Shown: piece after piece, positions 26,901-39,780 of the stretch
Layout: each line of letters begins with the position of its first letter
How positions within the stretch are numbered: position 1 is the stretch's first letter
DNA from: Antedon mediterranea
Lineage: Eukaryota; Animalia; Echinodermata
Direction of reading: 5' to 3'
Assembly (NCBI RefSeq): GCF_964355755.1
Contig: NC_092677.1
Coordinates: 5,354,101 to 5,418,100 of the forward strand
Length of the DNA: 64,000 bases
Notes under the pieces: generated by a model
The model's input: only the letters and a program-made list of their open reading frames with translations
Databases searched by the model: none
Told to the model about the DNA's origin: nothing
Made by a program: the position numbers and the translations under genes

Positions 26901-29900
26901 GACTATCAAATTAAAAAACCTCTTTGATTTAAAAACACCACTTTGGAAGTTATAAGTACGTTTATGAGGTATACTTTTATAAAAAAAAATATTTTTTAAA
27001 AACACCCCTTTTTAAAATAGTGGTATCAACCAATACATGTTGTTTACACTGCTATAATCTGTGAAAAATGGCAAAAACATCAAAATTTGGATAATTGACC
27101 GTTGTCATGGCAACGGATGCTAAAAATTAAAATGAATGTTGTAGATATGCTTGTTATTGAAATGTCTATTCATGGTAAAAATTTGAGAGAAATCCATTTT
27201 TTTACATCTGCCACCAAATCTTTGATTTTTACAGACAATGGCTCTTAATGTCTCTGTTTTTTTATAGCTCCTATTGAAATGAAGATTGATAATGTTACCA
27301 CCAATGCAGGGAATGATGTTCAATTTACATTGGAAATAAGATTTCTTGATAATTCTGCTGAAATATCCAATATCCAGTGGTATAAATGTGTTGAAAATAA
27401 ACCAGATATTCCACTAAGGCATCGAGGATCACGGTATCATTGTGAGTCTACGAATAAATACATGAAGTATCTTACAATCACAAACGTTAATTCTAGAGAT
27501 GCAGGAGAATACGTATGTGAAGTGCAAGTTAAAGGAGTACAGCAAAAATATGAGTGTTCTGGAAAGTTGACAGTTACAGGTAATATATCTATACATAAGC
27601 CATTGTAAGGACGTCTTGTCATTTTCGGTGAAAAGAGGATGGATATTGTTACTACTACTGTCAATATAGGGAATGGGTAGTTGTCCTAGGTGGTAGTTGT
27701 CCTGGAGGTAGTTGTCCTAAGGGGTAGTTGTCCTAGAGGAGTATTTGTTTTAAGAGGTAGTTGTTTTAAGGGGTTCTTGTCCAAGGACCTAGGAGGAGCT
27801 AATTGTCCTAGTGGGTAGTTGTCCTAGAGAGGTAGTTGTCCTAGCGGGTAAATTCAGAATGTAAACTATTTTTCTAAAAAATTATTTAAACAAAACACAA
27901 AGTACACATTTTGTCATATTTTATTCTTTATGATAATATGGAATGTCTGTTCTGTGTAATATTATACAGATATTACCTGCTTAGAAGTAAAATATAAGAT
28001 TCTACATCCCGAGGGAATGGTATTTTTCCCGAAGCGCTAGTTGAGGGAAATATAATCCTTGAGCATAATATCTTTCCAGAGTGAATGTAAAATAAAAGGC
28101 AATATCTATTACATTATTTAGCCAACAAGTAGAATATCTACTGGGTTGGGTAGCTAGGCCTCCTTTATGTAATAAGCCTGCCTAGTTAGGCGTTGCATTC
28201 ACCTTACCTTGCGAACAATAATATACAGATAAGTACTAATTAATGATTCCTTGGCAATAAAATATTCACTTAGGTCTACGTCTTATCCATCAATAATCCA
28301 TTAATAATAATAGTATTATTATCAGGTAGGCTGAATAAATAATTCTTCTTCGAGCCGGACCACCGGATATTCAGCGCGACGCGTGTACCAGGTTACTACC
28401 GTGAGTATTGACGAATCACAAACAGTCTGTCGTCACATCTGTAGAGGGTGAATAACAAATGAGGACGCTATGTATGCATAGTTTAAATAGTTTAGTTGAT
28501 TAATTACTTCAAGCAAGTTACGTGGTACAGCAGGTAAAACATTGTATTGTGATGATGTGGACTACTTGACGAGTTCGAGTCTCAGTAGATGACTTTTGTT
28601 TATTTATCGCCCAACGCGAGTGTTGCCACACGAAAATTACACAGTCAATATCATCGTACTTGAGAATTTACTGAATTTATATGTTTAATGATAGGGACAC
28701 AATGATCACAAGAAAATTACTCGGTCAATATCATCGTACTCGAGGAAATATACGATGTACGATCCTCGCAGCAGTAGTCATGGGATGCAGTTTCAACCAA
28801 TCACGTTCACGTATTTACATAGGCTATTTAATATATATGCATACAGTATTTATAATCTGTAATTTATTTACTAACAAATTGTGATGTCAAATACTGTATT
28901 AAGGCAGATGAAAATGTTTTATTGAATGAAATTTTATCCTGACGATTTTTTTTTAGGTCTCATCAGAATGGATATTCCTGATGTTATTACCAATGAGGGT
29001 GTGAATTATGTTAAAGTAATGTTATTTTTAACATGGCGTGATGATTCTGCTATAATATCCAATATCAAATGGTATAAGCAAGATAAAGATGGAGCAAAGA
29101 AGCTGCTGACATCATTGCAGTCACCTGATCCAACCTCACGCTATCAATGTGAATATTTGGATTCAAAGTACAATGTGTGTTTTGAGGTCAAAAATGTTGT
29201 CTCTGAAGATGAAGGAGAATACATATGTGAAGTGCAAGTTGAAGGAATACAGAAAGCATACAGTTGTTCTGTAAGATTAACAGTTGAAGGTAATATAAAA
29301 TTAACTAGAAAGCAACTCCGAGAGTGCATACTGTACCTCCGCCTACTGTAAAGTTCTCCTACATAAGATTTCTCTGGGAAAATATATATATATTTGTGTG
29401 TGTCTTATGGTGTTTGTGATTTAGGCTAATTTCATTACAAGCATATGCGAGTTTGGTGTAATGGTTATGTAACAAGCCTTTTAATTAACAATAGCTTCCG
29501 TTGACTAACAATAGAACAGCAACGCGAAAATAAAACAAGGGAATTTGAAAAGAAATAGGTTTTTTAAACTACTCGCATCAAAAAACCTGTACATTAAATC
29601 AAATTATCTATTATCTGTACATTCATTTTGGTAAAGATCTTAATTACTTTTTGAGTAATCCTGCTAACAAACACACGCGACCGATTACATATACCTCCTT
29701 GGCGGAGGTAAATAAGTTCAAGAAGATGTAAATGTTGTGATTTGTAGTGAGCAATGTAAATAAAGGAAAAATGCATAATTATAAAGCCACTTTACCTATG
29801 TTTTTTTCCGATCTAATTTAAGGTCACAAACTACATAAATACCAGTACTATTATGGACCTATTATATTGCGATAATTTTGTTTGTCATTTAAAAATGTGA

Positions 29901-30206
29901 AGAACAAGTTGATTTTAATAATTAAAGCGGCCCCCCTATAAATACCAGAATGCATCTCGCGCTGATTAATATTTTCATATTGCTTATGTGACGCACTGAC
30001 TTTCAACTTTTCTAAATTGATAATTGATTTCTTTTTATTTTAGAAAATTTCTTTTGTTTATTGAAAAACATTCTCAGCAATCTCTAGAAAATTATACTTT
30101 GAAATTATTTTTATTGTTAGCTCAAGAGTCTGAATTGGATCAAATGACACCAAGTGGTCAAGCAGCAGCAGCAGGAGGTACTACTGAAAGAGAATCTGAA
30201 AAGTAA
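17932..30206 (+). CDS. Proposed post-TM continuation of B1: linker exons 17932-17987 and 18241-18259, four atypical Ig exons (19398-19711, 20044-20364, 27268-27579, 28957-29289), tail exon 30121-30206
   Basis: Micro-exon 18241-18259 ends in phase 2 and the first Ig exon uniquely starts in phase 2; later exons are phase 1/1; full model is 2472 nt (823 aa). It needs the second AG (17930-17931), because the AG at 17925-17926 would create TGA. Confidence 0.58.
20584..21185. mobile_element. HINE/Helentron-associated (DINE-1-like) non-autonomous element; related copies start near 16982 and span 29303-29710
   Basis: Starts AACTAGA..CTCCGAGAGT..ACCTCCGCC, ends ACCTCCTTGGCGGAGGT (subterminal IR/hairpin); internal ACAC/ACAA microsatellite. 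Confidence 0.6.
22438..24000. mobile_element. Nested MITE, GGG termini, 4-bp TSD (Sola2-like)
   Basis: 25-bp TIR GGGTCATTCTTCAGTAAGTGTCTAA; TGCT on both flanks; internal GTGACGGA repeats. Confidence 0.75.
24051..24601. mobile_element. Nested TTAA MITE (Kolobok-like); related ends at 34543-34868 and ~63661-63680
   Basis: TTAA-AGATGTA(cagta)TTGTCCCT ... AGGGACAATACATCT-TTAA. Confidence 0.65.
26095..26470. mobile_element. MITE with ~45-bp TIRs and an internal tRNA-like segment
   Basis: CCAGGACGAACGTGGGCAGAAATCATGAATAATTCAT and its reverse complement; near-duplicated flank gtcctgttt/gtcccgttt. Confidence 0.7.
27674..27850. repeat. Tandem GGTAGTTGTCCTAG-type minisatellite
   Basis: About 9-10 imperfect 16-17 bp units. 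Confidence 0.8.
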
Positions 30207-30717
30207 CCAACATCAATGTATGCAACTACCACAACTACTGGATTGTCAACAATGTAAGCCTTCTTTCAAAGTGAAAGTATAACATTCTCTAGAATTATTG
30301 AATGTAACATTTAATGCTCTACTGCTCTATTCAACAATGCTGAGCTGAGTCAATTTATCTATTTTCACTTTTTTTTGTTTGGTATGTAATATTTATGAAA
30401 TTTGGTATCTATACGTATACAGATGTATAACTGCATTCATACGAGAATTATGTAGATAATGCCAGATAATCTAAAACACAATCAAAACCTCTTTGTATTT
30501 ATCATTAATATCCAAATTATACCAATTATTTCAATACCTTCTACTAATGTAAAAAACATATCTCAAAATTAATTATTAATATTTATACTTGTATTTTTGA
30601 ATTTTAAAGTGGTTAAACAATTTTACTGTAGTGAGTCCTCAAACAGGTAGTGGCCTAATAATGTTATCTATACACTATTCATTTAATTCACTGGCTTCGG
30701 ACACTCTTTGTTTTCAG

Positions 30718-31140
30718 GACTTCAAACAATTACATCTGAACCATCATCACAAGCAACCTCATTCACAAGTAGATTTACTCTAGCTGTCTATTATTTTTAT
30801 AGAGTATAATAATTTATTATTAGAATTGTTGTTTCTTATTTAATTAATTTAGACAATATTCTATTCTTATTGTGATAATTGTTATTCATTATATGCTACA
30901 TGTATCCATTATTCCTTTATCTCTAGAATATGATACAAGAAATATTAATTCACTGATTACGGAAGTTGATAAATTCTGGCAACATCGTGGAAATTTTAAG
31001 CTCTTGAAATTGTTTCTATATTAGTTTAAAAGTAATATAGCATTTAAATTGAAATACAGAATGGTAAAGATGCACATGATCTGTTCAGACTACTTATTGG
31101 CCCAGGGATTATCAGCGATTCTGATGTAACTGTTCTTATT
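30718..31140 (+). pseudogene. Decayed exons downstream of the B1 stop: Ser/Thr-rich linker (30718-30768) and a death-effector-domain-like exon from 30927
   Basis: KYDTRNINSLITEVDKFWQHRGNFKLLKLFLY* then, after a frameshift, EIQNGKDAHDLFRLLIGPGIISDSDVTVLI, resembling the DED pattern LKFL...DLF..L...g.l...nl..L; good acceptors in matching phase 1. Confidence 0.5.
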
Positions 31141-32579
31141 GGGTACATCTGGTCAGTAATTGTATATGGTATCTACTCTATAAACAAGGTGTTAGAAAGA
31201 AACAAATATGTTTTATTTATTGTAAGTTCATTTAGGAATTTATCATTGAAGTAATGTTTATGTTAGTAAAATATCTTGATGCATAATGCAGAACAGATAC
31301 CAGATACATTCGTCCCCTTTTCTATCCGATCTTTCAATGACAACTATTGACTCCTCTTTTGTTTTTTTGTAAATTTTATATTCAATTTATAATTTAATAT
31401 TAAATAATATATATTTCATATCATTCAGTTTACTGAAACTGAAACTGAAGTTTAAAAAAATCAAAAAAGTTAATTGGAAAAAAAAAAATATTACTAATCT
31501 ATTCACCGAGAGTACATCTTGGATTCTTTGAACTTGCCATAACATTAATGTACAATATAACTACAGAGTATTGCTACTTGAAGCAGCATGGTGAATTCCA
31601 AACAGGTTTTCTGTCCCTATCAAGCCTCTAACAGTCTTGCCAGCATGTCTAAACAGCAATTTTTCAGAGACCTCATGTGGACTTTTTAAACTTAATTAAA
31701 AAAAAAAGAAAATGTTGGTAAATCGCGCGTAACTAGATGGTAAATGGTACTAAGTTGGTACATACACTTGGTTCTAATTTTTACCACCTAATGAAAACCA
31801 GTACACTAGTTAAGGTAATAATTATCTATTATTATTGTTGTTGTCGTTTTTAAGCGTTGATTTCAGACAGAAGAAACGACAAAAAGATAGAAACTGTTAA
31901 AAGAACATAAATATTTAGGAACAGTAGATTGTGAATTAAACTGGAACGCTAATACTGTAAATATTGTTAAATGATCTAATCAACGACTGTACGTTCTCAG
32001 AAAGCTGAACTCTTTTAAAATGAATAATAGGCCCACTTTTTTTGTTTTACAAGAGTGTTATTCTTAGTGTTGTATTTTTTAATTGTGTTGTCTGGTACAA
32101 TAGCAAAAATAATTAAAAGAAACCTGACCATATAATGAAAACTGAAAGTAAAGTAATATGTAGAAATGTCAATGTTATTGACGTAATATACAGGCGTGAT
32201 GTTATTAGCCAAGTTAAGAAAAAAATGGATAGCTCACACCCGTTAAATGATAAATATTTAGTTAATAATTCAGGTAGAATCATTTGTCCATAACTTAATA
32301 CATGTCTCCAGCTCAACATTTCAAAGGGATTGATAGTTGTTTTGGTATGTCATGTTTTCATTTGATTTGGTTTTATTTATTTTAAAGGATGCACCTTTGA
32401 ACTACTGTATAAGTGTGCCACCGGTGTAAATCCAAATAAATAAATAGTTAGCATTGTAACAATGTGTTTCCACAAAACAATTGCTTAATTTCTTAGGTTT
32501 TTATCTTTATGGTTTATTCTATTTGAAAATTGTGATACCATAGTAACATGGTAAGATTAAATTCCAGCATTTAGTGCAC

Positions 32580-35140
32580 TTAACATGGCGTATACATGCT
32601 GTCAACTGAGTAGTTTGGATTGTTTGCTGTATGACGTGAATTCTCATCTCGTTTCTCATCCAGTTTCTGTAAACGTTTCTTCTTGGACTGTTTGTATGCA
32701 TTCCAAATGCGTATTGTCTTATCCCATGAGGCTGATATATACTGTGTTGAAAGAAAGAAATACTATGTATGTTAAGCTCTGTCTACACTATCAAACATGT
32801 TCTCACTTCTGAGGACGATCAAAGCATATGATTGAAACGGCAACTCAAACTTTCAGAACTAAATATACGTGGTTATCAACATTTGATTTCGCCATGACCT
32901 TCAAACAATATACTGTACTTATCAAACTAGTCCATGTATGGGCACATAACATTTTTTTGTCATATAAAGTTTGATAGTGTGTGATCCTGCATGACCCTTA
33001 GACATAATCGTAAAGTGGAAAACTATAGTTATAAAACAAAACGTTTCCAAACTAGTCCTGTCCCTTTTATGGTTGAACTTTTGAACAAACTGTAACTTTT
33101 TTATTTTTTTTTGCTTGTATTATTTGAGGTAACTGCAGTCTAATTTATTCGTTTTTATATATGTATGTATTGTTGATAGTGATTATAGTTTAAATAGTTT
33201 TTATAATGTAATACATATGCAATTCAGCCATGTGCTGCCATGTATGTAATTTGTATGTGAATTTTGAATAAATATACCGATATATATATATAAGTGTAGA
33301 CAGAGTTTAGGTTTATTTAAAATACGATTCATTGTTTATAAAAAAAAAGACATGTAAATATTTGATAATACTGTTTACAATATTAAAGTAAAATTTATTA
33401 AAATAAACATTCATGAATTATTATTATAGATTATAATATATATTAGAAAGCTTGTTTTTGACGCTACATTAAAAATAATTAATGTTTATTTATATGCTAT
33501 GTGTAACTCCTTTGTAACAAGGAGTAATATATTTTTTAGACTCATTTAAATAAATTACCTGATTTCTATCTGGGATGTGGATGATGCTACGCACTGAGTC
33601 ACTGTGTCCGATATTGAACATTAGTTTAAATGTTTGAGAGTGGTAAACTCTGAAATTTAAATTGTTATGTAAAGAACAGAAATTTTTTTTTTTAAGGTAG
33701 TAGTAAAAGAATGTTAAGGTTTTCATTTAATATATTTTAGAAATGTAGTTTATATTATATTTTAAAATTAGAAAGTAAAATTAAAATTAAACTCTTCCAT
33801 TATTTCAGTTTCCTATTCTAATTAACAATTGCATTAAAGTATAGTAGAAATAATGTATTGCATTTATTATAAACAAAACTGTTGTGTTAAATGTTTTTGG
33901 ATAAAAGTTGCATCTGCAAAATATAATTTTACATACAGTATCACCAATCATTGGTGAGCTTCGGCTCATTGCATACCCGTTTTGTATCAAATAAGTTTAT
34001 AGAAATATTCTTGTGAAAGAAATACTGTATTATTTTGTTGTTGATACAAATAAATGGTACGTATATAGTACCGCGAATGATGATGAAGATCTGATGAAAC
34101 ATAACAGTAGGCGTAACGTACTGTATACTTAAAGTTTATTGTGGCTTACTGTACTTTAATTCAATTTCTACATCCACAGTTAATAGTATAGAGAGTTTGT
34201 TTCTTTTATTTTGTGTTTGTTATGAATAATATTTCTGAAATAAATGTTAATGAATGGTTGGTTTAATACTAGTAATACTAACTTAATTGTGTTCTGCACT
34301 CCAGCCACTATGCTGCCATTCTTCAAGTCAATACTGTACACAGTGCCAACACTGCTCCATGAGTTGCTAAAATCTGATCACATAACATGCCATCCTCACT
34401 CTTTATATGAAAAATATAAAGTAAATTAAAAAATTGTTTTAACATACTGTACCAATTAATACATGCACGCTATTTTTCATAGCATTATAGTACAGTAGTT
34501 GGAGATGATGGCATACAAAAGCTTCATAGTGAAAAGTATTAAAGATTTATTGTCCCTTAAAATGTTTTTAATATGCCATTTTAATTTAACATAATAGTTA
34601 TCCACTTTGACCAAAAATTGGATCCAAAAAAAAAATGTATTTTACTTGAAAAAACTGTAATGTAAAGCAAAAAATGATTAAATTGGCTGCCAGCCAATGG
34701 TTTTTAGTTGAATTTAACCATTTATTTTGTCATTTTATACATGAAAACAGTAATATTTTTTTCCTACATTAGTGATTAACTTGATTAAAACTACAAAACA
34801 TACTGTATTCAAGGCCTGATTTATTTAATCTTCATTTTTCATGTTTTTGGGCGACAATACATCTTTAAAGTATACCTGTCACCCAATCACCCTTGAGTTT
34901 CCACTCCATGTACAGATAAGATCATGTTCTATTTGTAAAGTTAATATAAATTACTGTACAGTAGGTAATAATATTCAATTTGACAAAATGTATTGGGTGT
35001 ATTTTTACCCAAATCCTAATACTGTAGTGCCATCTTCAGAGCCTGTGATCCACTTATCCGTGACTTTATTCCATCTAACTTGAGTGATTTCTGCATAATG
35101 ACCTTGAAGGGTGTTGCACAAGGTCATGTCACTGCCAACT
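32580..35140 (-). pseudogene. 3' four exons of a WD40-repeat gene (copy 2): ~35010-35130, ~34283-34400, ~33559-33649, 32580-32741
   Basis: LQGHYAEITQVRWNKVTDKWITGSEDGT/IRIW (frameshift), IGHSDSVRSIIHIPDRNQ, YISASWDKTIRIWNAYKQ...; no 5' exons found. Confidence 0.72.
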
Positions 35141-35637
35141 TCACTGAGTGTCTACTTTTCCGTCTCGTGTAATTGTGTACTGTACATCAGAAATTGATGA
35201 GATTTGTGTTCGTGAAACAATTAAAATTACCTTATTGCTTTAGAAAAAGAAAGCTGATCACCCATCGTTAATAATTGAATAAGATTCCAATATACACTTC
35301 TTTGATGTATAATATTATCTTTATTTTAAAAGTAGTCGATTTGTCCATAACGGTTCAAAACATAAAGGTAGCTTATTTTTTGTATAAAGGAGTTGTGAAA
35401 CTAGCCAATATATCTTTTACTCCATGTAGTACGGCATTTCAGATTATTCGTTTATACAATAGTGACAGTACTATCACATCACAAGTGAACAATAAATGAA
35501 TGAGTGATAAACATATATTCTTTATTTTTAGGTTGTTATCTTAAAGTTTTTTCTATTAAAAATTGTTAATTATACCATAGTAAAATATTAATTAATTATT
35601 ATTAATTAAATTCCACTGTTTAGTGTAATATCAACCC

Positions 35638-37140
35638 TTAACATGGTGTATACATGCTGTCAACTGAATAATTAGGATTGTTTGCTGTATGACGTGAATT
35701 CTCGTCTCGTTTTTCATCAAGTTTCTGTAAGCGTTTCTTCTTTGACTGTTTGTAAGCATTCCAAATGCGTATTGTCTTGTCCCATGAGGCTGTACTGTGT
35801 TGAAAGAAGAAAAAACAGTGGTTTCCAAAGGTAATATACGTTTAATGCATATAATTTTGGGAACACTATGTATGTTTTTGTGTGTTTATCAAAAAATAAT
35901 TGATAAAGCTGTTTTACCTGGTTTCTATCTGGGATGTGGATGATGCTACGGACGGAGTCACTGTGTCCAATATTGGTCTGCATTAGTTTTAACGTTTGTG
36001 AGTCATAAACTCTGAAAAGGAGTATATAACAAGTTAAATTTATTTGAATGGTATAAACAGAAAAATAACTCTATAACTCTATCTTACCTATAGTAAACAG
36101 AGAGCCTAAGCACATACATAGCATGAAAATGTTATTCCACTGTATTCAAGTTTCTCATTTCTTTTCTCAATTACAGTAGTAAAAAGTTTTGGTTTTAGGT
36201 CAGTGAATACATATTCTATTCAAATTGTGAACAAAAATGCTTTAAAATGTTTTTTTTTTGTCTACATAGTTTTTGTTAGTTAATAGTAAGATACAAAATA
36301 TTGTGTTTGCTGTGTTTTTAACTTGCTTATATTCTATGAACACTATTTTGAAATAAAAATGAATTAATGAAATGGAGTATATTATTATATCTCGATTAGT
36401 GTGTTCTTACATCAATGAATACACTCTGTTTGAATTGTAAACAAAAAAAAATACATTATCAATCAAGTGTAGGCCTACTAACTTGATTGTGTTCTGCACT
36501 CCAGCCACTATGCTACCATTCTTCAATACAAAGTGCCAACACTGCTCCATGAGTTGCTAAAATCTGATCACATGACGTGCCATCCTCTAGTCTGGGCTCC
36601 AGACGGAGTTTTTTCTTAATATTAGTAAAAATATAAATATTTTCTTTTCATAACATACTATATACTACTTTATATATATATATTTTATTTTTCTTAGGTG
36701 ACCATCTGTTACGAGCTATGCTCTTATTGGTCTTCCTTTCGTTCACAATGCTTCTTATTTTATCACCGTCCTGTTTTATATTTTGTGTTCGATAAATAAA
36801 CTGAAACTGAAAATAAAGTGGTTGGAGATGATGGCATACAAAATCTCAGAACAAAACAATCATCCTTGGTTTAATTGTAGTGTCCATTCCATGCGTATAA
36901 ATAAGATCATGTTGTAATTGTACAGTTAATATTGTTAATTATTGATTTAAATACAGTACCGTAAATATAAATTACTGTAGAGTGAATAATAATATTCAAT
37001 TTGACAAGTTATAGGGACTATTTTAAAACTGCATGTATTGAAATTAATGTTTACCCAAATCCTAATAGAGCCATCTTCAGAGCCTGTGATCCATTTCTAT
37101 TCCATCTAACTCTATAGTGATCTCTGCATCACAAGGTCAT
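35638..37140 (-). pseudogene. Tandem, more degenerate duplicate of the same WD40 3' exons (copy 1)
   Basis: VYDSQTLKLMQTNIGHSDSVRSIIHIPDRNQ; last exon has a deletion in YISAS; first exon has deletions; introns align with copy 2. Confidence 0.7.
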
Positions 37141-39780
37141 TTCACTGATACGGTAATTATACAATATCTCACAATACAGCACTACTATAATACTGTATAT
37201 ACTGTATTTATAAAGGTGTTCATTCCAAAACGTTAAAGTTACTGGGAATTATGAGTAGCTAACATTATCCAGCATTGTATTATTATATTGTTTTTATTAT
37301 GAATGTGTTGATAATTGACGATGCTTTAAAACTTTTCTCTGTCGGCAAATTAAACGATCCTCTTTCTGGATTTCAAACTGCCATTAATTATTTTAAGCTT
37401 CGTTTCTTTTGAAGTCATGATTACTTGTGCTAATAGCAAACAAAATGATTAAACCAACACAGTGTACATCGTTATATAACATTAAAAAAGCTTTTATTGT
37501 GTTTGCATACTATTGTTTTCCGCGTGACTTTCATATACAAATTTCTTTATTACTTATAGTTACTTATTATTACTTTACAGTTAACATTATGAGTTATACA
37601 GTTTTCTATTGAAATATACGGTAATTACATACATTTAAAGCTCGGCTATAGGCATGATTTTATTATTTTATTTGGTTAATCTTTGACCAGGTCCATGAAA
37701 ATGTAGGACTACATAAATTAAAAGCGTTTAACAAAAATCTGAAATATTACATTGCATTTGTTTATTGTTATTTTTATTTTAACCATCTTTAAAAAGTGTA
37801 ACCCTTCCAGTTTAGCACAGTGGGTTAACTGATATTCAGGGGGCCTCTTTAATAAAATTAAAATGTATTGTAACCATTAACAATAACACGTAATTACCAT
37901 AAACATTAAATTATGAATATCAGAATCAATATAACATAACATAACATACATTTCTTTCTATGATCTCAGTGTATTATGCTGCCACTTAATGTCATTCATT
38001 AGTACTGTAATTTAAAATAATTAAATAATATTAATGTCAAGTATAACATTAACGTCTGTATACGTGAAATCAAAAGAACATGTGAAAGTCTCTGTATTTT
38101 ATTATTTTTTTATTTATTCTTTCTTTTGACTGGATTGCATTTTCAGTAAACGCAGTACTGCTTTCCAAAATGGTCCAGTTATACGTTTAAAAGTAAATAA
38201 AATTGATAACATATATAAATACAAAGTAGGCCTAATTTAAAAGATATACAGAACAGTTAAAAACAAATATTTAAAAAAATGTAGGATCACTTAGATGACA
38301 ATAGAGTTGCTATATTTTTTAGTTTATAAATATTTTTCCCAGTTACTTTTGTTCCAGTTGTATGCATTTTGAAACACTTGTCACAATATATTTGCAGTAC
38401 TTTCTTATGATGTATATTATATATTATAAAAATGAGAACGCATGTCTTTTAACGTTATCAATTGTCCACAGTGAAATTATACCTCCATGTTTATACAGTA
38501 CACTTTATCTTAGTACTCTAGGCTGTATGTATTTTAAAGTGTCTGTTTTTGATATATTATTTTATGTATATCTAATTTTATATCTAAACCAATGTTTTTC
38601 CATAATTATACTGTTTTTTAAAATTACAATTAAGTAATTTAGCTTTATTTTAGCAGCAGTTTGTAATGCTTTTGGATGTTTTTTTTTAAATAATAAGTAA
38701 TCATTTTAAGTTATTTCATTAATGAATGCATGAAATTTACACTTAATAGTCTATAGTACACATTTTATGTTTCATCGACCTATGTCGGATTTTTTTTTTT
38801 CTAGGCTTGTTCTCGGTTAACTTTGTTCAGAAATTGATTTCTAAAACGATTTAATGTGGAAATAAATAATCTGTTTATTGCATGTCACTAATCATACAAT
38901 ACAAACTACTAGAATTGAACAGGGAACAATTACGAAACAATTATAATTTTGTTTGCTTAGTTGATCATTTTCTGTGTGACTTTCTGTTTCGTTTCGTTAT
39001 TTGATCAGCATATCAACATAATAACATACATTTATTTAACAACATATAAAGCGGCTGGACACGGGCAGCTATACGGCTGAATAATACACCACTGTATATT
39101 AACTCAAATGAGCCAGCTATATACAAGTAAATAAGTAAAATTTAAATAAATTGCAATAAAATGTATGAAGTTACTACTTTCTATTATATAAAATAACAAT
39201 TTTCTCAACTTCCTTACTTATTTATTTATGGATGTATGTTGCAGTAACAACATTAAAAACAAAATACTGTAACAAACAAACTGCAGAATTATGAACCGTC
39301 CTGAAACATAATATATTGTGTAAGCATTGTTGACTATTTTACACTATTCGAATGTTCTCTGTGTTAAGGTAAATAACATGAGTAGGGTTTTTGAAATTGG
39401 TTGACTGTATCGGCAACTACACACAACAGACCTCTATCTAATATACAGGCCAAAAGGTACGATTAATCAAAATAAATATTGCGTTTTGCTTATATTTAGA
39501 CGTTTTGGTGTACTATCTATGCAGTTTAAATTACTTTATATTATCTTACATAACCAAAAATGCAGTTATAATTGTCGTATAAGTATTGTTAGATAATGTT
39601 TTTTTTTGGGGAATGTAGGCCTACTGTACATTATTACCTTCCATATCTACCTCTTCCTAACCTGTAATTTGTAATTATCGTTTTTTATTTGTTTACATAA
39701 TTTCTTATTTTCACTAATCATTAATATTATGTAGTCATTTGTATGCCTATATTGAATTAAACACAATTATCCAGGGTTGT

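Larger units (their letters stand above)
21223..27244. mobile_element. Non-autonomous TTAA-targeting DNA transposon (Kolobok-like) with nested MITEs
   Basis: TIR GAGCCATTGTCTGTAA / TTACAGACAATGGCTC flanked by TTAA on both sides; no transposase ORF. Confidence 0.7.

Noticed and set aside
1464-29289. V-segment array for RAG-type rearrangement or Dscam-like mutually exclusive exons
   Set aside because: No heptamer/nonamer RSS noticed at exon ends; each exon is a complete domain with ordinary splice sites and no shared downstream constant/TM exon
32990-33280. Possible LINE 3' remnant (KTKRFQTSPVPFMVELLN)
   Set aside because: Too short and degenerate to classify with confidence
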